This document shows positions 11,820-26,800 of a stretch of DNA of 64,000 nt, piece after piece; the first letter of the stretch is position 1; each line of letters opens with the position of its first letter. The stretch is from the NCBI GenBank assembly GCA_964019425.1, contig OZ025784.1, forward strand, positions 1,550,001-1,614,000. The letters run 5' to 3'. The translations under genes were made by a program, and so were the position numbers. The notes under the pieces are model-generated. The model was given only the letters and a program-made list of their open reading frames with translations, did not search any database and had not been told where the DNA came from. Origin of the DNA: Flectonema sp. DT1601. Taxonomy: Eukaryota.

Positions 11820-12956
11820 ATGTCAGTAGACTCATCGTCTACTCAAAAACTAGTTCAGTGGTCTCATCAGAAAGGAGATTATGAAGTAGTAGCTGACGGA
11901 CGAACATCATTAGAAATAGAAAAGTTAAACCCGCTCAGAGTACGTTACAGTAACGCCTTTGGAATTGGGGGAAGTGAACAATCTGAAGACGAGATTGACA
12001 ACTTAATTCCCAAAGAAGGGCTTCAATGGAAATCAGAAAAATACAACTCATACAACGAAAACTCTATAGTCATGTTAGACAAGGCAGGACACGATTTAGA
12101 CATCTGCGTTGAAAGTCTTGTGATTGATAATTATAAGAGTCTTCCGAAACTATCACCCCTCGCCATACGAGAACGACCAGGTACGTAATATTATATTTGA
12201 CTGTAATAATGTCATGTCAATTCCATAAATAACAAAACAGGTGTCTTGTCGGAGGCTATCAGTTTAAGCAGCTCATTGACTTCATTAGATCTTACGAATA
12301 TGAATTTAGGTGATGCTATAATCTCTAGGATAGCAATGGGGTTGGTTAATCATCGATCGGTAAGTTGTGTTGACTTTAGTGGTAATGGATTAACTAGACA
12401 GGTGTTAGACTCATTGAGAAGTTCTCTTCCTCCGAATGGGATTGTTATGGTTTCTTTAGCAAGCAATTTGTTTACTGATTCATGTGCTGCTGAACTTCAT
12501 TTACTCCTAATGAAGTTGAAGAAGATCCGTCATTTGGATTTATCAAACAATACATTTGGACGTAATGTCGGTAGAGTTTTATTGGAGTTGTTCAGTTCGG
12601 ATCTCGGTAGTGAACTTTTTCTTAACGACACTCAAATTCCAGGACACATGATTAGCTTATTAACAACATCAAATACTATATCTGATGCTGATGAATACCA
12701 CAGCGATCCTGAACCTCCAAAACTCGCAAACTTAACTGCGGCAGTAGTTGCGGAGTACCCTCTGCATATGACATGCATGCATTGTAAGTCTCCGAATCAC
12801 TATTCAGTTGATTGTCTGGAGAAACATCAAAAAAGTCTTATTACACAACGCGATAATGAAATTATAAAAACAAAATCAACCAAACGAGTTTCAATAAAAA
12901 TTGAATCGAATCGAAAATCCAGCAACGCTTTAGCAGATTGTTGGGAAGAGCTTTGA
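11820..12956 (+). CDS. RNI-like leucine-rich-repeat protein with a C-terminal CCHC zinc knuckle; 2 exons (11820-12180, 12241-12956)
   Basis: A 60-nt GTACGT...aaaacAG intron (12181-12240) joins ORFs 11703 and 12246 in frame. LRRs include LTSLDLTNMNLG, VDFSGNGL and LDLSNNTFG. CMHCKSPNHYSVDC fits C-x2-C-x4-H-x4-C. Confidence 0.8.
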
Positions 12957-13163
12957 ATTCACTTGCTCATTACAAGAGAGGGCTTACCAGTCACCTCTGT
13001 TTGCTTATTTGCGGTTATTTACACCAAATTTTCTTCTTTTTTTTTTGTTGTACAATTCGATTCTAAGATAATTACCTTTCTTATTTTATCATATTCTTAC
13101 ACCTCAGCGTCACATAACTTAATGACTTGCTCGCTATAAAGGTATTTATTTCAGCAATTAGTA

Positions 13164-14252
13164 ATGCAAGTTTCAGTGACTTGTGATGATTTAGGGTTTC
13201 CGGGTATCTTGCAAGAAGTTAGTGAAAAAACAACTGTACGAGATGTGTTGCAAACGGCATCTGTTGAGTGGGATGTGATTGCTAAAGACTTGGCGCTATC
13301 GTTTTCAGGTGAACTTCTGCCTGAAGCAACGCTGTTGGTCTCTCATGGAGTTGGTCCTGAAGCTGAGTTGGTAGTTTCAAGAAAACAGATTCATTTTATA
13401 TTTGATGTTTCATACTTTGAGAATGACAATAGAAAACAAGAAATGATGACACTCCACGAAGAGAGTGGCGATAAACACCTTTCTATTGACACACCAACCT
13501 TCGCTATTGATGGCACCCTCACCTTGGGAGGTAGATATTGGTTACCAGAAGTTATAACATCTGTCTGGTTTCGAAATTCTAAATCGTCTGTCACTACTGT
13601 CGGTGATAGTTTTATGGGTGATTGTACTTCCGTTACAGCTGTTGACCTTAGTGGTTTGAGTAGTGTTTGTAGTATTGGTGATACGTTTCTGCAAAACTGT
13701 TCGTTACTAACGAATTTCAACACATCCGGTCTTAGCAACGTCCGTGTGATTGGAAATTATTTCTTATTGTGTTGTTCATCATTGCAGTCACTCGATTTAT
13801 CAAATTTGTCTAACGTCACTTCTATAGGTGATGATTTCTTAGCTTGTTGTTCTCTTACAGAAATTAACTTATCAGGTTTAGGTAGTGTTCAGACAGTAGG
13901 TGATAGATTCCTTTCAACTAGTATGTCAGTGAGAACAATCGACATGTCCATGTTAAGTAGTGTCACGTCTATTGGAGACAAGTTTCTATACGAATGTACA
14001 AGGTTGACGTGTCTTGACTTGTCTGGTTTCGGCAGTCTTATTTCTATTGGTTCGAGATTTTTAGGAAAATGTAGATCAATGGTTAGACTGGACTTCTCAA
14101 GTATGTCGAAGGTAACTAAAATTGGAAAAGAATTTCTTTTAAAATGTCCGATGGTTGTTATTCAGCTCCCAGAAACTAACGAACGAATCTTTCTTAAAAT
14201 TAATGAAGTGAAGCGTGTCGTCAAAACAAAAAAAGACTGCACCCTAATGTAG
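13164..14252 (+). CDS. Ubiquitin-like N-terminal domain + BspA/LRR_5-type repeats + CaaX box (CTLM)
   Basis: The N-terminal ~72 aa have a beta-grasp-like pattern (TTVRDVL...LSFSGELL...LVSHGV...ELVV). About 8 repeats of xTSIGDxFLxxCxxLxxxDLSxLS follow. The protein ends KKDCTLM. Confidence 0.85.
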   Translation: MQVSVTCDDLGFPGILQEVSEKTTVRDVLQTASVEWDVIAKDLALSFSGELLPEATLLVSHGVGPEAELVVSRKQIHFIFDVSYFENDNRKQEMMTLHEESGDKHLSIDTPTFAIDGTLTLGGRYWLPEVITSVWFRNSKSSVTTVGDSFMGDCTSVTAVDLSGLSSVCSIGDTFLQNCSLLTNFNTSGLSNVRVIGNYFLLCCSSLQSLDLSNLSNVTSIGDDFLACCSLTEINLSGLGSVQTVGDRFLSTSMSVRTIDMSMLSSVTSIGDKFLYECTRLTCLDLSGFGSLISIGSRFLGKCRSMVRLDFSSMSKVTKIGKEFLLKCPMVVIQLPETNERIFLKINEVKRVVKTKKDCTLM

Positions 14253-14805
14253 ATAGTAGCTTTTGTTATTTTTCATTTTTTTCCATTTTTTTTTTTTTTT
14301 TTTGCAACTGAGAATCTCTCCTGCCGAGCTCAATGAAAAATAAATGATAAACCATTGTCGTTGTTACTCCCGCTGACCTGTAGTCCTCTCTTTTCTTATC
14401 TCCTTTTTGTGAAGACGGTGGAAAAGAAATTAAAACTCCTCTCCATCACATAATAGTAGAAAGCTGTTATTTGGTATTCTAGTCCCCCCTCTTGTCCAAC
14501 GCAAAATTTCATACGTTGCGTTGTAAAGTAGTTTGTGTGTGTAAGAACCTCAATTGACAAACGGAAACCTATTCCTTTGTCAAAGAGGTTATTATTATTA
14601 TTATTATACACAATCTACTTGTTATAAATTTCATCGCATTGTTAGTTATAATAATTCTTTAACAGGGACAGAGATATGACAGCATATAATTTTCTTAAGT
14701 GTTTCCAATTTAAATCATCATCTCAACATATTTCACCCCCTCTATAGGGTTTACTACCCACGTTACACAACAGCTAGCCGCAAGGCCAGCCACTCTCATC
14801 GTAAG

Positions 14806-17800
14806 ATGGGAAAGGGAAAAGGAGCTGAAGGTAAAGATGATGAAAGACAGACAGACAAGAGAGTAACTTGGTTGGAGAACAGAATGCAAGTTGCTATGAA
14901 GTTAAAACCCAGTGACCTGAGAAAAGTAACTGAACAAGAAGAGAATGCACAGGCAATAAAAGAATTCTTTGATACGGCTGACACGAGAGCAATCTTCGTA
15001 GTTCAGAAGCAAGGATCGACAGCCATCTGCACTGACAGCAATCTACCTTCGGATTACAAGAAGAAAAAAGTTTTTTATTTTATGAAAATTTCTGAGGGAG
15101 GGAAGACTCAGAAAGTTGACCTGGTTAATATCAACAAAATGTTAATATTTGGTGACCTCCACAACAAACCACTCGACACTCTTGACCAATACTCTAGAGG
15201 GGTATTCTTACCACTAATTAGTGTTAATGATAATATTAATCAAATACCCGAAGTAGCCCATCCAGCACTAATGGAAAACGTCCATACGTATTTAGCACAT
15301 GTTCTAGTCACTAATGGTTTATGTGGTGGAAAAACTCTTTTACCGCTTCCTCCAATTCAATTTCCAGAACGAATCGAGGAACCAACTCGTGATAAAGACT
15401 TACTGTATCAGTTAGAAAGTGTTGTTGTTGCTTGGACTGCTCAGATTAAAAGTGCATTGCAGCAAAGTCCAGAATCGATGTTGTCAAATGGCAATCCTGG
15501 ACCCAAAGATGAGTTAGCATTTTGGGGAAATAAAAGAGACAACTTACTATCGCTTGAAGACCAGTTGCATTCGTCTAAAATATTAAAAGTATTAGTGATG
15601 TTGAGTAAGGCGGGATCATCGTATCACAAACCGTTTACTGGATTGATGAAGGAGTTACGTAAAGGCTCCGAAGAAGCAATGGATAACTACCGTTACTTAG
15701 CTCCTTTCAGAGAAACCTTTATTGACATTGCTGAAGCTCAAGACACTGAATCGTTTGAAAATTTAGTAACTCAGGGAATCTTTAAAAAGTTATTCCACTA
15801 CGCTTATGTTGTCTGGACGAGTAGCAACCACTACAACACTCCGACAAGATTGGTTATTTTAATTAGAGAAGTTTGTAACGATTTGATCAACAGTGCCAAG
15901 GCTAATGTTAATATCGAAGACTTATTTCAGTGTGAACCTGATGAAGCAGTTAAAAGACTTTCTTCAACTCTCTCAGTTTGTAGTCATTTCAAGAATTGGT
16001 ATTTTCATTACAAAAATAAAGCGAGTAAGGAAGCTCCGACTGAAGGAGGTAAAAGCAGAAGTTGGAAATTTCAAAACACGACATTGTTTGCGAGGTTGGA
16101 TGCCTTCTTAGAGAGGTGTCATGATTTACTTGATGTGTTAGAAACGGTGATGTTATTCAACAGACTGGAGAAAGTTGAAATTGGTGGCACTCACGGTGCT
16201 GAACTGTCACAAAACATTGTTCAAATCCACAAAGACTTTCAAGATGCCTATCAACAGTTTCACTCTCCTGATGAAGGAGGTTACGATATCCTCAACGTTG
16301 AAGAACCTCGATTTGATCCTGATTTCACATACTTCAGATCCGAGGTTAAAAAAATGGAAATGCGACTAGGCTGCATGCTCACCCAATCAATGGAAGATGC
16401 TCGTGCTTTATACAACGCCTTCAAACTTGTTGACACCTACGAAGGGTTTTTAGACCGCAGCGTTATTCATCAGGAATGGCAAAAGAGACAACTAGACGTG
16501 GTCAAGGCTTATCAGAATGATTTGCTACAAGTTCAAGAATGCTTTCACACATTCAGAGAAGACACAGCTGCAAGACTAACTGTGTACAATAGACTCCCTC
16601 AGACATCAGCGCAGTTAATATTCGCTAAAGGTTTACTCGAGCGTATCGCAGAGCCATTCAACAGAATTACTGAACTATCAAAGCAAGTCATGCAATCTGA
16701 GTTGGCGATCGAAACTATTAATTTACAAAAGCAGTTAACAACAAATCTAAAAGCATACATCCACAGCTGTGCAGATAAATGGGCTGGTCAAGTTGGAGCC
16801 ACATCATCAGAAAAATTAAAATTAAATTTATTATCAAAAGATGATGGGACCAGCTCTATTCAGGTTAATTTCGATCCGGAATTAATAAAAATGTTGAGAG
16901 AAATTAACTACTTGGAAGTGTTGAATGCTTCAGAGACTACAGAAGAAAACACTTTCGTAATACCACCCCAGGCTATGACGTTGTACAAAATGAGAGATCA
17001 ATTTAGAATGCAAATACTAAAACTTGATACGATTGTAAGCACCTTTAATTCACTCATGGAAGACATGCTGGAAGTAGAAAAACCACTCTTGACGGCAGAA
17101 CTACAGCAGTTCGATGAGGAGTTACAACGAGGACTAAAACGTCTTAATTGGCACTCTCCTGACATCGATGAGTTCATCGATTCGTCCATGAGAAGCGTCG
17201 AAGCTCTTGATCATGTATTCAAAACATTAAAGGGAAACACAAAACTTATCAAACAATCACTCAAAGAGTACACCATTGAAGATAAGTTCCTTCCAATAAA
17301 CGCAAAAGATTCAAAGACAATGTGCGTTGAAGATTTTCAAAAAAAATACAACGAACAGCGGAAATCACGTGAAAGATCCCTAACCGAAAGAGGAAAACTA
17401 ATGCACGAATACATGGCTGATTCATTAATAGCTGTCAACGCGCTCAAACAACAACTTGGACTTCCTCTCTTAGAGGTCGACACCGACTGCTGGGTCGCTT
17501 ACGTTGGTCACACAAACGAAATGGTAAAAGAACTCGTCTGTGCTTCAGTTGTGAAGTCACTTAAGAACTTGAGAGATCAAGTCAGCACACAATGGCTTAA
17601 GGATAATGATGGCCTACCTTTGTTAGATATAAAATTAGTACTAATGCAACCTTCCTTAATATCAGCTGATGTTTCAGAAGCAAGATTCGAGCCTCATTTA
17701 TCAAGCAGAGAAGGAACTGGTTCTATCGACACCATCGTTAACGAATGGATAAAAGACTACAACGACACTGCTCAGTGTGTTACTCGTCTTGATACTGGTG

Positions 17801-20800
17801 ATGATAACTACGCTCAGGACGTGTATGCTCATAAAGATGCAAATTCAATGGCGAAACAAATCAATGAATTAATAACAGCATCAGCTGAGCAATGTCATAA
17901 ATTCGCAGGAGAATTCTTGCAATATTCATCACTTTGGGAAAAGGATATGAAAAAAGAATTTCAACTTTTCTTAAATCCTCCAAAGATGCAATCGACTGAT
18001 GACGATGATCAACAAGAACACGCTCAGAAAGGAGACGACGACGAACAAGAATTCTTCAGCGTTAACTTAGATCTATTCGATCAACAAGTTACCAAATACG
18101 AGAGACTATTGGAAAAGATAAACGACTTACCTCCGTCAGCTATTGTTGGTTGGCTACGAGTCGACAGTAAACCGATCAGAGAATCATTAAAAAACTGTTG
18201 TAAGAAATGGATTGAAACATACACTGGATACATTGTTGATAAAATAGAAACTGAACTAAGAGATCACTATACTTTTATTGAACAAGCTGATCAGGGATTA
18301 GATGAAGATGTTGAAGAAGGTTCAGAAGGTGAAGAAGCACTCCGCAGAGTTCTAAAACACATCAGAGACTGCAGAGTTCGTGATGTAACAACAAGAGCAA
18401 TGTTTGAACCAATCAGTCAAGGGATTCAGTTACTCCGTCAACATGGAGATGCTGTTTCTGATAAGCAAGTCACCCACCTCGATGAGCTCCGAAAGGAAGC
18501 ACCCGACAAATGGACTCATTTAATGAAAAAAGTCTTCAACGTCCGTTCAAGTAACGGTCAACGCCAAGATAAAGAAGCCATGCTAATAAAGAGTAAAGCC
18601 TTGGAAATGGAAGAAGGCGCTCTAACATTTCGAATGTCATTCAAATCTCTCCGACCGTTTCAATACGATATTAATGTTGAAGAGGCTTACAAAGAATTAG
18701 TAAGTTGGAATCAAAATCTAAATGACAAGGAAGTCTTAGCAAAAGAATTGAATGACGTTCAAGAGCTGTTTGACTTAACACCAACTGAACTCCCAGAGCT
18801 GAAGGAGTGTAGACAAGAATTATTACTTTTAAAACAACTTTGGGATATTGTTGGACACGTCAAATCTCAATTCGCAGATTGGATGGCTCAGACCTTCAAA
18901 CTAATGACTCCTGATGATCTCATTGAAGAAGCAAAGAAAATGCAAAAACAGATGAAAGGAATGCCTCTAAAATGTAAATCAACCGGAACCTACACCGGAC
19001 TAGAAACTGAAGTTAAAGACATGCTCACCACCCTTCCTCTTGTGGTGGAATTACGAAACCCAGCTATGCGTGAACGTCATTGGAGACAGTTGTTGAAGAA
19101 GGTATTTAATTTTTATAGATATTTCTCAGATAGTAACCAAACAATATTGTCAACAGTAAAACAAAACAAACTAAAAACAGTGTGATGTCGACCCAACTAG
19201 TATTGATCCTGAATCAGATCAGTTCTCACTAAAAGACCTCCTGGGACTTGGTCTACATAACTACGTCGAGGACGTTGCTGGTATCGTTGAGAAGGCATCG
19301 AAGGAGTTAAAAATTGAAAAAGATTTGGAAAAAGTCAGTACTTTTTGGGACAATGAAGCTCGTTTTTCATACGAATTTCACCAAGGACTTAACTGTTATC
19401 TATTATCAAGTATAGATGATATTGTTGAGGTTCTCGAGGAACACTTGAATATCCTACAGACAATGCAGTCAAACAGATTCGTCGAAGAATTCGCTGACCA
19501 AGTTAACAAATGGCAGAGTAACCTTGGGATGGTTGAGACCTCGATGGTGAAGTGGATGGATATTCAAAAAATGTGGAAAAATCTTTATCCAATCTTTATC
19601 GAATCGGCAGACATTAGAGAACAACTACAAGAAGATGCTCGTGCTTTTCAGGGAGCAGATGATCTGTACCGAACTATGATGTCGAAGGTACACACACATA
19701 AGGCAGTTATTGAAGTCTGCTGCTCTGATCTCGTCAAAAGACAACTTCAACGCGATGATGATTTTGAAACACTTCTCAATACGATTGATGACACGTTAAC
19801 AACTTGTCAAAAGAAGTTAACAGAGTACCTTGAAGGAAAGAAGAAACTATTCGCGAGATTCTTCTTCATATCAAACACAGATCTTATTGACATCTTATCA
19901 AAAGGATCAGATCCAGTAGCAGTCATGAGACACATGTCAAAGATTATCGATTCTGTTCAGGTTTACACTATTCGTGAAGGTACTAAAACCGCAACAGAAA
20001 TTGTATCACTGCAAGGAGAAGTAGTCCCAGCTTGTAATGAGTTTGAGTGTGAGGGTCCTGTTGAAGAATGGCTCAATGGATGCGTTGATCTCATGTTTAA
20101 AACCATCAAATACTCAATTCTTGATGGCCACACGACTTACGTTGAATCTCCCAGAGTTGAATGGGTCATGAAAAGAGGATATCCAGGGCAAACAATTATA
20201 GTAGCCTCACGTATTTGGTACACTTCTGAATGCGAACAGGCATTCGCACAGTTGGAAGATGGTAACGAAACTGCTTTAAAAGATTTCTACAAACAGCAAG
20301 AAAGTCAAATCAGAGCAATGATTAACATAGTTTTAGGAAACATAACTAAGAATGAACGTAGAATGTTAGTTCATTTAATTACGATTGACGTTCATGCGAG
20401 AGACGTAATAAACTGGATGATTGAAGAAAAAGCTGAAACAAGAGACACGTTTACTTGGCAATCTCAACTACGATACTCATGGGATGATAAAAAAGGATCT
20501 TCCATTGACATCTGTGACGCATCTTTTATAAACGGATATGAGTATATTGGTCTCTGTGGTTGCTTAGTGATTACCAAGTTAACAGATCGTTGTTATATTA
20601 CTCTCAGTCAGGCTCTTCGTCTTGTTAAGGGTGGAGCTCCAGCTGGTCCTGCAGGAACTGGAAAAACTGAAACTACAAAAGATTTAGCGAGAAATTTAGG
20701 AATTGCTTGTTATGTATTCAATTGTTCTGATCAAATGGATTATTTATCACTGGGACAGATCTTTAAAGGTCTGTCTATGTCAGGTTCGTGGGGATGCTTT

Positions 20801-23800
20801 GACGAGTTCAACAGAATTCCAATTCAAGTACTGTCAGTTGTTGCCACTCAAGTTGGTTCAATCTTGAACGCTGTAAAACATGGAAAGAAAAAATTCAAAT
20901 TCATGGATGAAGAAATATCTTTAATTCCTAACGTTGGTATGTGGATTACCATGAATCCGGGTTACGCTGGTAGAACTGAACTTCCAGAAAATATCAAATC
21001 GCTATTCCGACCATGTGCCATGTGCGTTCCCGACTTAAAAAATATTTGTGAAATTATGCTTGCGGCGGAAGGTTTTCAAGACGCTAAGGATTTAGCTTTA
21101 AAGTTCGTTACGTTATACAAATTAAATAAAGAGCTGCTATCACCACAAGCACATTATGATTGGGGACTAAGAGCTGTAAAGTCTGTGTTATATATCGCAG
21201 GAGCATTAAAGCGTGGTGATCCTGATGTTCCGGAACGTGCTGTTCTTATGAGAGCTTTAAGAGATACGAACATGGCTAAACTAAGTAGAGATGATGTGTT
21301 TGTTTTTATGGGTCTTATTAAAGCGTTGTTTCCTCAGTTAGAAGTACCACCAAAAAGTGATCCAAAGCTTCACGATGCGTGCATTCAATCAGCTGAAGAA
21401 CGAAAACTACTAAAAGGAGAAGCAGACATCTTTATTACTAGATGTGTTCAATACGCTGAGCTACTCGATGTTCGTCATTCAGTCTTCGTTATGGGACCAG
21501 CAGGTTGTGGAAAATCTGAATGTTGGAAAACATTAGCAAGAGCTTTCCGTCTAATGGGAGATCAATGCGACTACAAAGTCATGAATCCAAAAGCCGTAAC
21601 CTCTGATGAACTTTATGGATACATCCACCCTGCCACTAGAGAATGGAAAGATGGATTACTATCAAATCTGTTTAGAGACTACGCTGAATTATCTCAAACA
21701 AAACATAATTCCAAATGGTTAGTTTTAGATGGAATCATTGACGCTGAATGGATTGAGAGTATGAACACCGTCATGGATGATAATAAGATGTTGACCCTCG
21801 CTTCTAATGAAAGAATTCCTCTGACGTCATCCATGAGAATGATTTTTGAAATTTCAGATCTTAAAAACGCTTCTCCAGCAACAGTCAGTCGTGCAGGTAT
21901 TATCTACATCAACGATACAGATTTAGGTTGGGGACCATTCAAAGATCGATGGATTGCTACCCGTGAAGATGAGAAGGAAAGAACCTACTTGGATAACTTA
22001 TTTGATAAGTACGTGGCTCACATATTTGAATACTACAAGAGGGTGATGAAGACACCCGTTGCTATTCAAGATCTCTCAATTGTCCAAACTATTTGTTATC
22101 TCTTAGAAGGATTCTTACTCCCTGATAACGTCGCTCCTGGATCACCTTCAGAGCATTACGAACGTTATTTTATATTTGCTTTGATTTGGGCGTTCGGAGG
22201 TCCGCTTTCATCAGATGGACGTATTGACTACAAGAACAATTTTAGTAATTGGTGGAAAAAAGAATTTCCAACGATAAAAATAACAGCTGACGAAAAACAA
22301 AGCATCTTCGACAGCTTCATTCCTGACAAGTCCGATGATAAAGAGTTCCTTCCTTGGTCAACGATTGTACCAACTTACAAACATAGCTTTGATACTCCTT
22401 ATGCTGATATTTCTATTGAGACTGTTGACACCACAAGATTAACATTCTTAATGAGAAAACTAATGTGCAACAGACGACCAGTTATATTCGTTGGTACAGC
22501 TGGAACTGGTAAGAGTAACATTATATTAAATCACTTGAGAGGAATGGATCAACAGGAATGCGTCTTTCAAACAATCGCTTTCAACGCGATGACTAAACCA
22601 AAGGGACTGCAAAGTGTGATGGAACAAATGCTTGAAAAGAAACACGGAAAGACATTTGGACCTCCGGGTAAGAAGCGTCTCGTGTACTTTGTTGACGATC
22701 TGAACATGCCAACACCTGACAAGTATGGAACTCAAGAATCAATTGCTTTTCTAAGACAGCACATGGATTATCAATTTTGGTATGACAGGGTAAAACCTGG
22801 TTTCCCACTTAAAGAAATCGCCAGCTGTCAATACGTCGCTGCGATGAATCCAAAGTCAGGTACCTTCACTGTTCTTGATAGATTACTTTGGCATTTTGCA
22901 ATGTTTAGTTGCAACATGCCAGATGAGAGTGATCTAATGTTAATTTATGGATCGATCATGAGAGGTCATTGGAATAAATGGTCGAAAGACAGCAGGGCTA
23001 TTGCTGAACAGGTTACCAACGCGGCAATCAAACTCCACAAATTGGTTTCAAAGCAATTTTTACCGACCGCAATCAAATTTCATTATCAATGGAACATGAG
23101 AGAGATGTCAAACGTATTTCAAGGATTATGTAATTCTGTACAACGAGAACACGATAAACCAACTGAACTAATTAGATTATGGATTCACGAATGCGACAGA
23201 GTATTCAGAGATAGAATGACAAACGAAGCCGATGTCAAACTCTACGACGACATCCTTCAGTCTGTCGTGTCTTCAAGCTTTGGTGACGTTAAGATTGATG
23301 ATCTCGCCCCATCACCAGGTGGTGTTGAGTTAAATATTTGGGCTCCTTTTGGTGTTGATAAAGAAGGAAATGAAGGAGTAGTTAAAGACGTAGAATCATT
23401 CGACACTCTATTTAAGTTTTTAACTGAAAAACTCAGCGAATACAACGACTCAAACGCTCGTATGGACCTCGTCTTGTTTGAGAATGCCATGCAACACATT
23501 TGCAGAATCTGTCGAGTTGTCGCCAATCCTCGAGGTAATGCTCTCCTTGTAGGAGTTGGAGGAAGTGGTAAGCAATCGTTATCCAGATTGTCATCATTTA
23601 TTTGTAATTTAGATAAGTTTCAAATCATTGTTACCGCTACTTACGGCATCAATGATTTCAGAGTCGATTTGCAGACATTGTACACGAAATGTGGACAGAA
23701 AAACATGCAATACGCGTTCCTAATAACTGATGGTCAGATTGTAGTCAGAGAAATGCTTGTGTATCTGAATGATTTATTGAACTCGGGAAATATTCCTGAC

Positions 23801-26800
23801 TTGTTCCCACCTGATGAGATGGAAGGTATCCAAGGTAGTATGGTTAATGAAGCAAAGTCTCAGGGGGTATTAGACTTAACTCCTGCTGTGTTATGGCAAT
23901 TCTTTATTAACAAAGTACGTTCTAATCTCCATACTATATTATGTTTCAGTCCTGTTGGACAGCAGTTCAGTACCTGGTGCAGACAGTTTCCAGCCTTAGC
24001 AAACACAACAGTCATTGATTGGTTTCATCCATGGCCAGAACAGGCCTTGATATCTGTTGCTCAAAGATTCTTAGCTGACGTTGAGTTGGGAGATTCCACG
24101 GATGCTATCTCAGAGAACATGGCGTTTACTCATGAAAAGGTAACTGAAAAGAGTAAGGAATTCCTCTCTGAAGAAAAAAGATATTGCTACACTACTCCGA
24201 AATCATTCTTAGAGCTTATCGGGTTATATAAAATACTTCTCAGTAAGAAACGTTCAGCTCTGAATGATAATAAAGAACGTCTTTCAAATGGTATTGAGAA
24301 AATTAAAATGGCTTCTGGACAAGTTGCTGATCTGCAAGACAAACTTAAAAAGGAACAAGTTGTAGTAGCAGAGAAAGCCCAACACACACAACGCCTTCTA
24401 GATCACGTTGGTAAAGAAAAAGCAATTGTTGCTGTTGAGCAAGAGAAAGCTGAAGTAGAAGAACAAAAGACTAACAAGGTATCGTAATTTTGTTGAATTA
24501 ATTTCATTAACAATTTCTTATATTACTTTTAACCAATCCAATCCATTACAGGTATTTGTTGAAGCAGAAGCCTTAGCAGCTGAATGTGCCAGAGATTTAC
24601 AAGCTGCTCAACCGATTGTTGAAGAAGCGCTTGCAGCTTTAAATTCATTGCGAAAGGAAGATCTGACGGAACTGAAGGCTCTCGCTAAACCTCCGCCTGA
24701 TGTTGAATTAGTAGCAGCAAGTGTGATGGTTCTAACTTCAGATCCAAAGAAGATTCCTCCAATGAAAGCCAGAGATTGGGGAAACTCAAAGAAGATGATG
24801 GCAAACATCACTGGTATGTTTTATTAATTATACTCATGGTAGTGGTCGTGGTCGTTGTTATATTCGAACTTTTTCAATTCATCAAAACAGGTTGGATGAA
24901 GGATTTAATCGCATTCGACGCCAACAACATTCCTCAGCCCTGCATTGACGCTTTGCAAGTATATGTTAATGACCCGGCTTATTCACCTTCACAGATTAAA
25001 ACGAAGTCACAAGCTGCTGCTGGTCTCTGTGGTTGGGTTGTGAACATGCATAAATACCATTCAATCAGATGTGAAGTGAAACCCAAGGAAGAGAAACTTG
25101 GTGAAGCTCAAGAACGTCTTTCCAGATCAAAAGGAGATCTTAAAAAGGTTCAGGACCGCGTAGCAGAGTTGAACGCGAAGCTGAGCAGTCTCGTAAAACA
25201 ATTCGAAGAAGCATCTGAAGAGACTCGCATGATCGAAGCAAAAGCAAAGAAAACTCAAGAAAAAGCTAATCTTGCTGAGCGTTTAGTTGGAGGTCTTTCA
25301 GAAGAACGTGTCCGTTGGGCAAAAACAATCGAAGAACTCCAAGAAAAGTCCACCTTACTAATTGGTGATGTACTTTTAAGCGCTGCTTTTGTCTCTTACA
25401 TTGGACCGTTTTCAAAACCATTTCGTTATTCGATTATGGAACAAGAACTGCGACCAAATATCGTAGAAAGAAACATCCCTCACACGAAGGACTTAGACAT
25501 CGTCTGCAATGTTCTAACAAGTGATGCTGAGATCGCTGGATGGCAAAATGAAGAACTTAAATCTGATCGCCTTTCAATAGAAAATGGTGCCCTCGTAGTC
25601 AACTGCACGAGATGGCCTCTACTGATTGATCCTCAAATGCAGGGTATGAATTTATTATTATTATTTTTAAAAATCACTTAATTCGACAACAAAAAAAAAA
25701 AACACGCCCAACAGGAATCCGATGGATTAAAACAAGAGAAGAGAAGAACGGTCTCGTCATCGTACAACCAACACAACGGAAATACATCGACAGCGTTATT
25801 AGATGTTTGGAAGACGGATTGCCTTGTTTAATTGAAAACCTAACTGAGGCAATCGATCCGATTTTAGAACCAGTCTTAGGAAGGATGATTACTAAGAAGG
25901 GATCACAATATTTAATAAAACTCGGTGATAAGGAAGTCTCGTACAATCAAAATTTTAAATTGTATTTGCAAACGAGGTTGTCTAATCCTCACTACAAACC
26001 TGAAATGAATGCTCAGTCTACTTTAATTAATTTTATGGTAACACCAGAAGGTTTGGAAGATCAGTTGCTTGCGGTTGTTGTCAACAAAGAACGTCCTGAC
26101 TTGGAAGAGAGTCGAGTTACGTTATTAAGAAGAATGAACCAAATGACTATCGATTTACAAAATTGTGAACAAAACCTGTTAGAAGCACTCGCTGCTGCTA
26201 CAGGTGACATTCTAGAAAACGTTGCTTTGATTGAGAATTTAGAAACAACGAAGAAGAAGGCATCAGAGATCTCTCGCAGTATGATCGAAGCAATTCAAAC
26301 TCAAAAAGAAATTGCAACATCGCGTTTGAGTTACACAACTGTTGCAGTTAGAGGGTCTTTGTTGTTCTTTCAAATTGATCAGCTGGCAAAGATTAATCAC
26401 ATGTATCAATATTCTTTATCAGCTTACATGGTAATCTTCTTAAAGGCTATTGGACGTGCAGAGTACCCTGAAGAAACTGGAAACCTTCAAGCTCGTTGTG
26501 ATAATTTGATAACTTCGATCACACAAACTATCTTCGCGTTTACTTCGAGAGGATTATTCGAAAGACATAAGTTGATTTTCTCTGCTCTTTTGTGTTTTGC
26601 TATTTTACAAAGAGATGGGAAAATCGACAGAGCACAGCTGACATACCTCCTTCGTGGACCTAAGAAAGCCGGTATCGAACGACCAGAAAGTGTTGAATCG
26701 TGGCTACCAGACACTAACTGGCAAGCAGTTCAAGCACTTAAAGAAGTCGAAGGTACCAATCCCCCTTTTGAACAATTAGAACGTGATATTTGTGATAGCA

